Origin: an uncultured Gammaproteobacteria bacterium
Lineage (GTDB): Bacteria; Patescibacteriota; Patescibacteriia; Patescibacteriales; UBA12465
Assembly (NCBI GenBank): GCA_964470695.1
Contig: CAYYDR010000001.1
Location: 10,638-74,637, forward strand
Reading direction: 5' to 3'
Length of the DNA stretch: 64,000 nucleotides
Made by a program: the position numbers and the translations under genes
Shown: positions 10,372 to 20,149 of the stretch, one piece after another
Position numbering within the stretch: the first letter of the stretch is position 1
Layout: each line of letters opens with the position of its first letter
The notes under the pieces: model-generated
What the model saw: only the letters and a program-made list of their open reading frames with translations
Database searches by the model: none
What the model was told of the DNA's origin: nothing

Positions 10372-11127
10372 TTATTTGATAATTTCTCCTTCAACTATTT
10401 GAGGGGCTCCCGTCTGGGAGTCATTTTTTTTACGGAAAGTAAAAAGCTGCTGTAAGGCTGTAAACAAAGTTAAAACAAACCAATATAAAGTAAGGCCGCC
10501 CGGAAGCGAAATACCGATGAATACAGTGACGGCTGGCATAATATAAAGCATCTGCTTATTCATTATGGCGGCCATGTTCTCATCTTGCGAACCATCTGAT
10601 TTAACAGCCGGCTTAGATGACATCATCATCTTAGCTTGCCAAAATTGGGCCAAGCCAGCTAGAACCGCCAAAGGAACACTGGGCTTAGCTAAATCTAAAA
10701 ACCCTAATGACAAAGTATTTATTACTTCCGGCTTATAAATGAAGGAGTAAACTAAATCAAGCTTATTCCCCACGCCGTTTAAGAAAACTTTATAAACAGC
10801 AAATAAGAAAGGAAGCTGCAAGAGAAGAGGTAAACAAGAAGAAAACGGATTCACCTTATTCTCTTTATACATTTCCATGGTCGCCTGGCTCAATCCCGCT
10901 TTATCGTTAGCATACTTTTTCTTCAGTTCTTCAATTTTGGGCTGCAAATCCTGTAAAGCCTTCTGGGATTTTATTGATGATCGTCCTAAGGGCCAAAGAA
11001 TTAATTTAATCGCCGCGGTTAATAGTATTATGGCGACCCCTAAATCCTGAAAGGAGAGCGTATTATAAAACAAAACAAGAAGATTAAGGATGGGCTGATA
11101 AAATACTACAGTAAAAATGTTAGTCAT
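10372..11127 (-). CDS. yidC: Membrane protein insertase YidC (short form, no periplasmic domain)
   Basis: LQPKIEELKKKY, NPFSSCLPLLLQLP, GLTLYW; conserved origin context. Confidence 0.95.
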   Translation of the reverse strand: MTNIFTVVFYQPILNLLVLFYNTLSFQDLGVAIILLTAAIKLILWPLGRSSIKSQKALQDLQPKIEELKKKYANDKAGLSQATMEMYKENKVNPFSSCLPLLLQLPFLFAVYKVFLNGVGNKLDLVYSFIYKPEVINTLSLGFLDLAKPSVPLAVLAGLAQFWQAKMMMSSKPAVKSDGSQDENMAAIMNKQMLYIMPAVTVFIGISLPGGLTLYWFVLTLFTALQQLFTFRKKNDSQTGAPQIVEGEIIK

Positions 11128-11144
11128 AAAAACAAATTAAATAG

Positions 11145-11402
11145 TTATTTAACCGGATCATGGCCGCCCTTATTCCAGGGGTTACAGCGCAAAATACGCC
11201 AAACAGTCATTACTCCTCCCCGAATTATGCCATACTTTTCAATTGCCTCCAAGCCGTACTGGGAACAACTAGGATAAAAACGGCAAAAACCATGAGGATA
11301 AAAATTTTTTAGAGGCCCGTGATCAAAAGAAAGTGTCTTTTGATATATCCTTATAATTTTTATTACCGCTTGCCTAATTAGGTTTTCTAAATAACTATAC
11401 AT
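11145..11402 (-). CDS. yidD: Membrane protein insertion efficiency factor YidD
   Basis: [24 protein letters not shown]. Confidence 0.95.
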   Translation of the reverse strand: MYSYLENLIRQAVIKIIRIYQKTLSFDHGPLKNFYPHGFCRFYPSCSQYGLEAIEKYGIIRGGVMTVWRILRCNPWNKGGHDPVK

Positions 11403-11422
11403 AAAATTAAGCTAATAATAGC

Positions 11423-11764
11423 CTATTTATATAATTTTATTCTCTTAAAAGCATTGACTATGAATTCTTTTATATCTTGGAAATTTTTATCTAATATTTG
11501 AGGAAAAACTATAATAACCAGATCCTTTCCAGACTTTATTTTAGTCAACTCTTCTCTTATAATAGTCCTTATCTGCCTTTTAAATTTATTCCTTATAACA
11601 GCTTTTTTACTAACTTTAGTACTAATTAATATACCAAAGCGGTTATTGTCTAAACCATTATCTACGGCCTTTACCCCTAATATTCTATTATAAAAAGATT
11701 GGCCGAGCTTAAAGGCTCGGTCAAAATCTTTATTACGCCCCATTCTATTGATTTTTTTTAACAT
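11423..11764 (-). CDS. rnpA: Ribonuclease P protein component
   Basis: RFGILISTKVSKKAVIRNKFKR (RNR motif); context. Confidence 0.95.
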   Translation of the reverse strand: MLKKINRMGRNKDFDRAFKLGQSFYNRILGVKAVDNGLDNNRFGILISTKVSKKAVIRNKFKRQIRTIIREELTKIKSGKDLVIIVFPQILDKNFQDIKEFIVNAFKRIKLYK

Positions 11765-11781
11765 GACGGGAGTATTTTGCT

Positions 11782-11919
11782 TTATTTACTAAGCTTTTTT
11801 CGGCCTTTTTGGCGACGACGCTTTAAAACATTGCGACCATCCTTAGTTTCCATTCTCTGTATAAATCCGTGCTTCTTTTTAGCTCGGTGTTTATCTGGTT
11901 GATAAGTTCTCTTCGGCAT
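11782..11919 (-). CDS. rpmH: 50S ribosomal protein L34
   Basis: Manual translation [45 protein letters not shown] (45 aa, absent from ORF track). Confidence 0.95.
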   Translation of the reverse strand: MPKRTYQPDKHRAKKKHGFIQRMETKDGRNVLKRRRQKGRKKLSK

Positions 11920-12126
11920 ACAATCAAAATTTATTTTATTATTATCTGTAATATAACACTTTTATTTGTAAGAGTCAATGTAAGAAATTATGCCTTTAGA
12001 GGGGGTTATCCACTAATTGTTAACATATTTTAAACAAAGTCTATGCTTGTGATAAAACGCTTTATCTAATATAATGAAACTACTGGAAATTTAAAATAAA
12101 CGCCGAAAAGGCAGCTATCAGAACTT

Positions 12127-13524
12127 ATGACAAACGAACAAATTTGGCAGGCGGTCTTGGGAGAAATAGAGGTCAACCTTTCCCGAGCTAACTTTGTCAC
12201 CTGGTTTAAAGATACTTTTATTTCTTCATTTGAAAATGACCGTTTTATTATTTGCGTTCCTAACGCCTTCGTTAAAAAATGGCTAGAAGAGAAATATCAT
12301 AAAAATATTTTAAGTGCCCTAGAGAGCATCACTAAACAAAAAATAAAAGAGATAATTTATAAAATAGAGTTAAGACACGGCGGCGGGCACTCTCTACCAA
12401 CCAGCTCCCAGGAATCACGAACAGGGGAGACCTCAACCATAAAAACAGAAGTAAACGAAAAGAGCAGTGAGCCTTCAATTAATAATAAAGTTAACCAACA
12501 CGGCTTAAATCCTCGCTATGTATTTGAGAACTTTATTGTCGGACGCGGCAACGAGCTAGCCCATGCTGCCTGTTTAGCGGTTGTGGAGAACTTAGGAAAA
12601 TCATACAACCCTCTCTTCATATACGGCGGAGTCGGATTAGGCAAAACCCATCTTTTACAGGCCATAGGAAATGCTGTAGCAAAAAAAACTGATAAGATTC
12701 TTTATGCTACCAGTGAAAAGTTTACTAACAATTATATCCAGGCTGTTAAAAGTGGTAAGGCAAAGGAGTTTAAAAATTTATACCGCAATGTTGATTTATT
12801 ACTAGTTGATGATGTCCAGTTTATGGGCGGAAAAGACGGCACTCAAGAAGAATTCTTCCACACCTTTAATGAACTACAACAAAATGACAAACAAATAGTA
12901 CTAACCTCTGATCGGCCGCCAAAATCCATTCCAGCCATTGAAAGCCGCTTAATTTCCCGCTTTGAGTCGGGAATGGTCGCTGATGTAGGGAAGCCGGACA
13001 TAGAAACAAAAATAGCAATTCTAGAAAAGAAATCTATAGAAAAGGGGTGTCCTTTAGATAAAGAAATTCTCGGTTATATAGCTGAACATGTCCAAAATAA
13101 TATTAGGGAACTAGAGGGAGCGCTTATTAAAGTTATTGCTTCTCATCAGTTTAAGGGTCTAACCCCTAGTCTAAAAAGTGTTAAAGAAATACTAAGCGAC
13201 TATGTCTCTAATATTCAAACCCGATCTTTATCCCCTAAAGAGATTATTGAAGCAACCGCCAAATTCTACAATTTAAATTATAAAGATTTAACTGGAAAGA
13301 GCCGAAAAAAAGAGTTGGTCTGGCCAAGACAAATTGCTATATTTCTTATTAGAGAAGATGTCGGTTCTTCTTACCCAACCATCGGGGCTGAACTAGGCGG
13401 TAGAGATCATACTACTGCTATGCATTCCTACACTAAAATATCTCAAGAGATAAAGGAGCGTGGCAACGAAAAAATAAAACAAGAAATAGCCTCTATCCGT
13501 CAACTATTTAATTCTCCTTACTAA
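12127..13524 (+). CDS. dnaA: Chromosomal replication initiator DnaA
   Basis: YNPLFIYGGVGLGKTHLL, LLVDDVQF, QEEFFHTFN, GGRDHTT. Confidence 0.98.
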   Translation: MTNEQIWQAVLGEIEVNLSRANFVTWFKDTFISSFENDRFIICVPNAFVKKWLEEKYHKNILSALESITKQKIKEIIYKIELRHGGGHSLPTSSQESRTGETSTIKTEVNEKSSEPSINNKVNQHGLNPRYVFENFIVGRGNELAHAACLAVVENLGKSYNPLFIYGGVGLGKTHLLQAIGNAVAKKTDKILYATSEKFTNNYIQAVKSGKAKEFKNLYRNVDLLLVDDVQFMGGKDGTQEEFFHTFNELQQNDKQIVLTSDRPPKSIPAIESRLISRFESGMVADVGKPDIETKIAILEKKSIEKGCPLDKEILGYIAEHVQNNIRELEGALIKVIASHQFKGLTPSLKSVKEILSDYVSNIQTRSLSPKEIIEATAKFYNLNYKDLTGKSRKKELVWPRQIAIFLIREDVGSSYPTIGAELGGRDHTTAMHSYTKISQEIKERGNEKIKQEIASIRQLFNSPY

Positions 13525-13788
13525 TTTTCTTGGTGGATATCTTGTTAGTAACTTGTTAGCACGTTAGGGATAAAATTATTCAGTTTGTTAATAACTTCCG
13601 CTTTAAAAAAGTTAGCCACAGTAAAGCTAAAATAGTTAAACAGATAATGTACTAACTTATTAACAAACAAATCGTAAAAAAGGTTAACAAAATAAAAGAA
13701 TATAGTAAAAATCAATAGTTATCCCCGCCCTTATTATTACTATTATTTATATATAATATAATAATATAATAATAACCAATAAATAATT
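13525..13788. other. Probable replication origin oriC
   Basis: dnaA-dnaN spacer with DnaA-box-like 9-mers (TTAGCCACA 13612, TTATTAACA 13657 and reverse 13586, TTATCCCCG 13719, reverse TTATCCCTA 13565) and a nearly pure-AT tract at about 13731-13775; another box TTATCCACT at 12006. Confidence 0.75.
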
Positions 13789-14913
13789 ATGAAGTTTATT
13801 AGTCTGCAGGAAAATTTAAAAAGAGGGTTAAATATTGTTGGGCACATAACGTCTAAGAATATAAATTTACCTATCCTTAATAATATTTTAATTAAAGTTG
13901 ATAATGGTAATATTGAATTAGTGAGTACTAATCTAGAAATCGGTATAACGCATCAGCTAAGGGGAAAGATAGATGGCGAGGGTCAGTTTACAGTTGATTC
14001 AAAGTTAATTACGGAATATGTTAATTTACTAAGCGGCGGCGAAAAAGTTAAAGCCGAGGAAAAGGATGGCGAATTAAAGATAGAATGTGGTAATTACAAA
14101 ACAAAAATAAAAGGAGAATCAGCTAAAGAGTTTCCTTTGATCCCGGCCATACCTAAAGATAAATATTATAGCTGTGAGACTGAGGAATTTAAGAAAGCTC
14201 TTAATAGTGTTATTTTCGCGGTTTCTAATAGTGAGAACAGGGTAGAATTAACTGGTGTGTTATTCTATTTTAATAAGGGAAAATTAAATGTTGTGGCTAC
14301 CGATAGCTATCGTCTAGCTGAAAGAGAAATTACTGTTGTAAATAGTGGTGCTCCAGAGGAATCAAAAGTAATAGTGCCGGCTAAGACAGCCCAAGAATTT
14401 TTAAGAATACTTAATGGTTTAGATTATTCTAGTATAGATGGGTCGCCGGAGGTTCATATTCATTTATCTGACAACCAGGTTTTATTTACAGTTGACTCAG
14501 TTGATTTAATATCCCGCCTGATTAACGGTAATTACCCAGACTACAAACAAATAATCCCGACTAAAAGCCAAACGGGGGTAATAGTAGATAGACAGGAATT
14601 AATAAGAGCTGTGAAGGCCGCCGCCCTTTTTTCTAAAACAGGGATTAATGATGTTTCCCTGAAATTTAGTAGTAATAGAGTTTTAGTTAGTGCTTTTTCT
14701 GGGTCAAGCGGAGAAAGTGAAATTAATATTGAAGCGGAAATATCCGGGGAAGATAATGAAATTACTGCTAATTACCGCTATTTAATAGATGGTTTGAATA
14801 ATATTGAAGGAGAAAGGGTAAATATTTTAATTTTAAATTCTACTACCCCATGTTTACTAAAACCAGAGAAAAGCAGTAATTATTTATATATAGTAATGCC
14901 TATTAGACAATAG
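13789..14913 (+). CDS. dnaN: DNA polymerase III beta sliding clamp
   Basis: LPILNNILI, STNLEIGI, VATDSYRLA, RLINGNYPDY, YIVMPIR. Confidence 0.97.
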   Translation: MKFISLQENLKRGLNIVGHITSKNINLPILNNILIKVDNGNIELVSTNLEIGITHQLRGKIDGEGQFTVDSKLITEYVNLLSGGEKVKAEEKDGELKIECGNYKTKIKGESAKEFPLIPAIPKDKYYSCETEEFKKALNSVIFAVSNSENRVELTGVLFYFNKGKLNVVATDSYRLAEREITVVNSGAPEESKVIVPAKTAQEFLRILNGLDYSSIDGSPEVHIHLSDNQVLFTVDSVDLISRLINGNYPDYKQIIPTKSQTGVIVDRQELIRAVKAAALFSKTGINDVSLKFSSNRVLVSAFSGSSGESEINIEAEISGEDNEITANYRYLIDGLNNIEGERVNILILNSTTPCLLKPEKSSNYLYIVMPIRQ

Positions 14914-14933
14914 TTATCTATTACACAGCAAAT

Positions 14934-14961
14934 AAAAAAACAGCCGATTGGCTGTTTTTTT
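14934..14961. terminator. Bidirectional terminator between dnaN and the PBP gene
   Basis: A7-CAGCC-GATT-GGCTG-T7. Confidence 0.8.
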
Positions 14962-14966
14962 ATTGT

Positions 14967-17825
14967 TTAATTAACAGTTATTTTTATTTCATTGCTTTTT
15001 ATCTGATCGCCATTCCAATCAGAAGCTTCAGCATAAGCAGTATAAACTCCGGGCGGCGGCGGAAAATCCCAGGTAGTTTCTAAAAATTTTTCAGCCGTTT
15101 TTAAGTTATTTTTAATGGTTATTTTATTTCCACTTCCGTCCCTGGCCATTAAATTGATTTGGGCTGTTCTTTCTGGTCTAGCAACTTGTAGCTTAAAGGC
15201 TAGAGGAAAATCAATTTTTTTGTCAGCCGTTCCTGATATAGGACTGATTATTTTTAGAGAGTTTTTGTTAATAGTGATTGGGTTATTGCTTATTAGGAGG
15301 TTAAATGTTGTACTTGTTTCGCCGCAAATTTCTAATTCGTCGCAGGCTTTCACAGTTAACTTATGGTAACCGTTATTAAGAAAATTTATTTCTTTAGTAA
15401 ATATGCCGCTTTGGCCGTTGGTTGTTTCCCATAAGTTATTGTTTATGTAATATTCTATTCTACTAATTTTATTTATGGAAGAAATTTCAGTCTCTATACT
15501 TAAGTTAGAAGAATTTAGGGTTTGGTTGGCGGCTGGATTTATTATTTTTATTTTTGGTGCCTCCATTGATTCAATAGGATTAGTACTGGGCGGAGTTGAG
15601 GTTGAGGTTTGGACCATTAGAGTGGAAGTAGCTTTAAGAGCCCATTTTTTTACAGCCTCCTCCCATAAATTAAACTGGGGGTCATTACTAGAGTTAGCCG
15701 GAGCAGGACTAAGAGGATTATCTTTATCAATATAGTATAAAATACTATGGTGGGCCGGAGCGGTTTTTTCGCCGATTAACTCTAAGGGAGTAGAACTAGA
15801 TATAGGTAGACCAGTACTAATATCAACTTTGATTATTTCGTTCGGGAGCCTTCCATCTAGAATATCTTTGCCAGTCTTATAGTCGTCTGGTTTTTTAAAA
15901 TCTTCTATAGGGGTGTCACCCAAGACTTTAGCCATAAAATCATGCCAAATAGGCGCCGCGAGAACGCTGCCGTCAGCCTTGCCTTTCATAGCCTTGTTGT
16001 CACTGTTTCCTACCCAAACGCCGGTTACTATTGATGGAGTATAGCCGATTGTCCAGGCGTCGTGATAATCATTAGTGGTGCCGGTTTTAGCCGCTACCGG
16101 TCTAGCTCCTAAATTAAGAAAATTTTTCGCGCCAAAAATATAAGTACGAGCCGCATTATCAGAAAGAATATCATTTATCATTCTGGCGACCTTAGAGCTT
16201 AGCGCTTTTTTTTCAGAGGGCTTATATTCTTCAATAACGCGGCCATCTTTGTCTTCCACTTTTAAGATACTGACAATAGGACTAATTTGCCCGTCTCGTG
16301 CGAAAACACTGTACGCGTTAACATGTTCTAATAATTTTACTTCGGCGCCCCCTAAAACAAAGGATAGACCAAAGCGGTTACGCGGGAATAGAGTGGTGTA
16401 ACCAAGATTGTCAGCTAGATCAATGACGTTATTAATATCCGCTAAGTAAATAGCTTTGACGGCCGGGATGTTGAGAGACCCGGCTAGTGCCTGTCTAATA
16501 GTTACTGGCCCTAATTCTTTACCGCTATAATCATGAGGTTGATAGGGTTCGCTGGGATTAGTAGAAAAATTAGTTATTACATCATAAAGAATAGTGTCTG
16601 GAGTATAACCCTTTTCAAACAAAGCAGCGTATACTAAGGGCTTCATTGATGATCCTGGCTGGCGCGGGCGCGTTGCGACGTTAACTTGGCCGCTAATAGT
16701 ATCATCAAAGTAATCACGAGATCCGACCATAACCAGAATTTGTCCGGTTTTTGGGTCAATAGACACTAGAGCAGCGTTATTTGCACCGTATTTTTGAGAA
16801 TAATCTTTGGTGCGGGTGGCAATTACTTCCTCAGCCGCCTTTTGTTTATATAAGTCTAAAGTAGTATATATTTTTAGACCGCCCTGTTCTACCATTTTTT
16901 CTCCGTATTTATCAGCCAATAAATCTTTTATATACATGACAAAATGGGGCGCGACAATATTAGTTTCTGGTCCCTTAAATTTTATTTCTCTTTTTTTTGC
17001 TTCGTCTCTTTCTGATTCGGATATATATCCCTGTTCAGCCATCAAATTTAAAACATAATCTTTGCGCCCTAAGAGAATATCTTTATTAGGGCCGTAAGGA
17101 GAATAGCGGCTAGGCACTTGAACTATGGCCGCTAAAATAGCCGCTTCTTCTAAACTAACATCCTTAACATTTTTACCAAAATATTTTTGGCTAGCAGCCT
17201 GGACGCCATAGGCATTTGAGCCATAAGGTATTTCGTTGAGGTACATTTGCAGTATTTCATCTTTAGAGAATTTTTTTTCTAGACGATAGGCTAGCACCAG
17301 TTCTTTTATTTTTCTCGGAATAGTTTTTTCCGAAGTTAAGATAGCATTTTTTATGAATTGCTGGGTAAGGGTTGAACCGCCGGCGCTGCGGTTAAAAATA
17401 ATATTAGTCGCCACCGTTCGGAACATGGCCCAGAGGCTGAAGCCGCCATGCTTGTAAAAGTTTTTATCTTCAATGGCAATGGTCGCCTGCTTAACTTTAT
17501 CAGGGATGTCTTGTAAGGACACGAGAGTCCTTTTTTGTTCGCCACTTATCTCGTATAAAATATTTTCGCCGCTGCGGTCATAAATTTTAGTGCTCTGCGC
17601 TATTTCTCGGTTGATTAGTTGATTAGGATTAGGTAGGTCGCGGGAAATCCAGGCGACATAAGCCGCGCCAAACAGGATTAAAATTAACCCTAAGGATAGA
17701 GATAATGCCGCTAATTTACGAGTTAAAACTCGTTTTTTTTGTGGTCTAGAAGACTTTATCCCGCGAGTGCTGCGGTAATCGCGCCAAGAATCTGAGGCTT
17801 TTTTGCGTAGTTGTGGTATAGGCAT
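14967..17825 (-). CDS. Class A penicillin-binding protein (transglycosylase + transpeptidase) with C-terminal Ig-like domains
   Basis: EDKNFYKH, GGSTLTQQ, RKIKE GT51 motifs; SSMK, SLN, KTG transpeptidase motifs. Confidence 0.93.
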   Translation of the reverse strand: MPIPQLRKKASDSWRDYRSTRGIKSSRPQKKRVLTRKLAALSLSLGLILILFGAAYVAWISRDLPNPNQLINREIAQSTKIYDRSGENILYEISGEQKRTLVSLQDIPDKVKQATIAIEDKNFYKHGGFSLWAMFRTVATNIIFNRSAGGSTLTQQFIKNAILTSEKTIPRKIKELVLAYRLEKKFSKDEILQMYLNEIPYGSNAYGVQAASQKYFGKNVKDVSLEEAAILAAIVQVPSRYSPYGPNKDILLGRKDYVLNLMAEQGYISESERDEAKKREIKFKGPETNIVAPHFVMYIKDLLADKYGEKMVEQGGLKIYTTLDLYKQKAAEEVIATRTKDYSQKYGANNAALVSIDPKTGQILVMVGSRDYFDDTISGQVNVATRPRQPGSSMKPLVYAALFEKGYTPDTILYDVITNFSTNPSEPYQPHDYSGKELGPVTIRQALAGSLNIPAVKAIYLADINNVIDLADNLGYTTLFPRNRFGLSFVLGGAEVKLLEHVNAYSVFARDGQISPIVSILKVEDKDGRVIEEYKPSEKKALSSKVARMINDILSDNAARTYIFGAKNFLNLGARPVAAKTGTTNDYHDAWTIGYTPSIVTGVWVGNSDNKAMKGKADGSVLAAPIWHDFMAKVLGDTPIEDFKKPDDYKTGKDILDGRLPNEIIKVDISTGLPISSSTPLELIGEKTAPAHHSILYYIDKDNPLSPAPANSSNDPQFNLWEEAVKKWALKATSTLMVQTSTSTPPSTNPIESMEAPKIKIINPAANQTLNSSNLSIETEISSINKISRIEYYINNNLWETTNGQSGIFTKEINFLNNGYHKLTVKACDELEICGETSTTFNLLISNNPITINKNSLKIISPISGTADKKIDFPLAFKLQVARPERTAQINLMARDGSGNKITIKNNLKTAEKFLETTWDFPPPPGVYTAYAEASDWNGDQIKSNEIKITVN

Positions 17826-17887
17826 ATAGTAAGTTTATGATAGTTATTATATCATATATATATAATAAAATCGTCTGAATTAAATTT

Positions 17888-18694
17888 ATGCCAATTATAA
17901 ATAGTCTTACTAATACCACTATAAAAGATTTAATCCGCCTCCATAAGTCTGGCGAGAGAAAGGCTCGGGGTTTGATAGTGGTTGACGGACAGAGAGAGAT
18001 TGAGTTTGGTCTGAAAGCTGGCTTAAAAGTGGTAGAGATTTTTTATTGTCCCAGTCTTCATAAATCAAAAGACGATCTAAAATTATTGGTAAATAAAAAT
18101 AAGTTTAAATTAACAGAAGTATCAGAACCTGTATTTAAAAAAATTTGTTATAAGGAGAATCCAGATGGATTCTTAGCGGTCGCTCAGAGGCCACAGACGG
18201 CGCTTCCTGAGCTTGAGAGAGTGGATCGCGACATCTTAGTCGTGGTTCTAGAAAATGTTGAGAAACCAGGCAACCTAGGGGCGATAATTCGTAGCGCTTA
18301 CGCGGCGTCCGTTGATTATATAATTATTAATAATGCCCAGACGGATATTTATAATCCTAATGTTATTAGGGCTAGCGAAGGATATATTTTTAAATTACTG
18401 CCCATAGAAATTTCCGTCCCAGATACGATTAGTTGGCTTAAAAAAAATAAAATAAGAACTTTAGGAGCCTCAACTAGCACTAAAAAAGAATATACTAAGG
18501 CTAATTTAGGCGGCCGGGTAGCTATTGTTTTAGGATCAGAGGCCGAAGGACTAAGTCGTAACTGGTTGGAGCTAGCCGATGATCTTATTAAGATTCCCAT
18601 GCGGAGCGATGTAGACTCCCTTAATGTATCGGTATCGGCAGCAATAATAATTTTTGAAGCCTTAAGACAGAGAAGTGTAAATAAAAAAGCGTAA
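17888..18694 (+). CDS. TrmH/SpoU family RNA 2'-O-methyltransferase
   Basis: EKPGNLGAIIRSA, VLGSEAEGL, IPM..VDSLNVSVSAAI. Confidence 0.92.
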   Translation: MPIINSLTNTTIKDLIRLHKSGERKARGLIVVDGQREIEFGLKAGLKVVEIFYCPSLHKSKDDLKLLVNKNKFKLTEVSEPVFKKICYKENPDGFLAVAQRPQTALPELERVDRDILVVVLENVEKPGNLGAIIRSAYAASVDYIIINNAQTDIYNPNVIRASEGYIFKLLPIEISVPDTISWLKKNKIRTLGASTSTKKEYTKANLGGRVAIVLGSEAEGLSRNWLELADDLIKIPMRSDVDSLNVSVSAAIIIFEALRQRSVNKKA

Positions 18695-18765
18695 ATTTGA
18701 CAATAGTTCATATTTCTATTAATATAAGACAATAATTAGGGTTATTGTTTCTCTAATTATTTTTT

Positions 18766-18837
18766 GCGCCCGTAGTTCAATGGATAGAACACCAGCCTTC
18801 TAAGCTGGTTATGAGGGTTCGATTCCCCCCGGGCGTA
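18766..18837 (+). tRNA. tRNA-Arg(UCU)
   Basis: GCGCCCG/CGGGCGT acceptor, CCAGC-CT TCT AA-GCTGG anticodon arm. Confidence 0.93.
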
Positions 18838-18858
18838 CGTTTCTTAAGAAACATTTAT

Positions 18859-18930
18859 GGTGCCTATGGTGTAGTGGTAACACAGCAGGTTGTGGTCCTG
18901 TTATTGAGGGTCCGATTCCCTCTAGGCACC
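18859..18930 (+). tRNA. tRNA-His(GUG) with encoded G-1
   Basis: G-GTGCCTA/TAGGCAC-C, anticodon loop TT GTG GT; T-loop reads TCCGATT. Confidence 0.92.
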
Positions 18931-18938
18931 CATTATAT

Positions 18939-18968
18939 GAAAATCCTCGCTTTTAGGCGAGGGTTTTT
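18939..18968 (+). terminator. Intrinsic terminator after tRNA-His
   Basis: AAAATCCTCGC-TTTTAG-GCGAGGGTTTTT. Confidence 0.7.
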
Positions 18969-19069
18969 AGTATGGTAAGTATTGACAATATTGTTTATAT
19001 ATGTTATTATAATAGTAACTTGAGCAGTTAAACTAAATCGTACATTTCAAATCATAAGGAAGTTATTAA

Positions 19070-19339
19070 ATGGAAAATTCAATGACAAAAGTTATTATTG
19101 ACCTCTTTAAAAAAGTAATTCTTTTTTCTCTTGTTCTCCGGGAGGTTATGAGATTGATGAAATATTTATTTTTCTTTTTAATCTTTTTGCTGCTGGCTTA
19201 TGTGGCATACATTGATAAGCCCTGGAAACAATGGGGTTATGTTGATTATGCAATTTTAGCTGTATTTTCAGCGGTGATTTTGGGGGCATTTCTTGCCGCG
19301 TCAATCAATGATGCGAAAAAGAAGAATATACCAGCCTAA
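19070..19339 (+). CDS. Hypothetical small membrane protein
   Basis: Two TM helices; TTGACA promoter and AAGGA SD upstream, terminator downstream. Confidence 0.65.
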   Translation: MENSMTKVIIDLFKKVILFSLVLREVMRLMKYLFFFLIFLLLAYVAYIDKPWKQWGYVDYAILAVFSAVILGAFLAASINDAKKKNIPA

Positions 19340-19447
19340 TTAGCTGAAACATTTACACGGCCGACTCTGTAGTTTAAGAGTCGGTTTTTATTTGACATTT
19401 ATTGTTATTTTTAGTATAAATTAGGTAAATAATGGAAGGAGGTTTAT

Positions 19448-20059
19448 ATGGAATCGTTCTTTTTAATTCTGCTTTTTTCCTACTTAGTAGGATCAATCCC
19501 CTTTGATTATATTTTAGTTAAGATAATTAAAGGGATTGATATAAGAAAGGTCGGGAGCGGAAACCCCGGCGCGACTAATGTGAAAAGAATTTTAGGCTGG
19601 CCCGGGCTAGTGGCCGCCTTCATTTTAGACGCTTTTAAGGGCGTCGTTCCAGTTTGGTTAGCTTGGCACGTCTTTAATTTGCCGGTCTGGGAAGTTACTT
19701 TAGTGGGATCAGCTGCCATAATCGGACACATTCTTTCCATATTCCTTTGGTTTAAGGGCGGGAAAGGAGTATCTACTATTATGGGTGTTTTTTTGGTATT
19801 AAATCCATTAATAGGTGGCGCCGCCTTAGCTTCTTGGCTCTTCTTGTATTTAAGAACTGGGTTCAGTTCAGCCGGCTCTTTGTTAGCCGCCTTAGTTATT
19901 CCGGTTACCCAGATAGCAAAACAAATTTTTGATCCGGCACCAAGTTTAGCCGATAGCTTGCCGGTTACAATATTTTCTTTTTTAGTTCTGGGGCTTATTG
20001 TTTATAGCCACAGAGAAAATATTGGTAGATTGTTAAACGGCACAGAGAGAAAGGCCTAA
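19448..20059 (+). CDS. plsY: Glycerol-3-phosphate acyltransferase PlsY
   Basis: YLVGSIP, DIRKVGSGNPGATN, LDAFKG, GHILS..FKGGKGVST, HRENIGRLLNGTE. Confidence 0.93.
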   Translation: MESFFLILLFSYLVGSIPFDYILVKIIKGIDIRKVGSGNPGATNVKRILGWPGLVAAFILDAFKGVVPVWLAWHVFNLPVWEVTLVGSAAIIGHILSIFLWFKGGKGVSTIMGVFLVLNPLIGGAALASWLFLYLRTGFSSAGSLLAALVIPVTQIAKQIFDPAPSLADSLPVTIFSFLVLGLIVYSHRENIGRLLNGTERKA

Positions 20060-20149
20060 GTAGAGATGTTTTAGTAATTAGTAAAGAGGTTGGAAGTTAC
20101 AACCTCTTTTTTATTTAGGCAATTGCTATGGTCATGGTATAATTGAATT

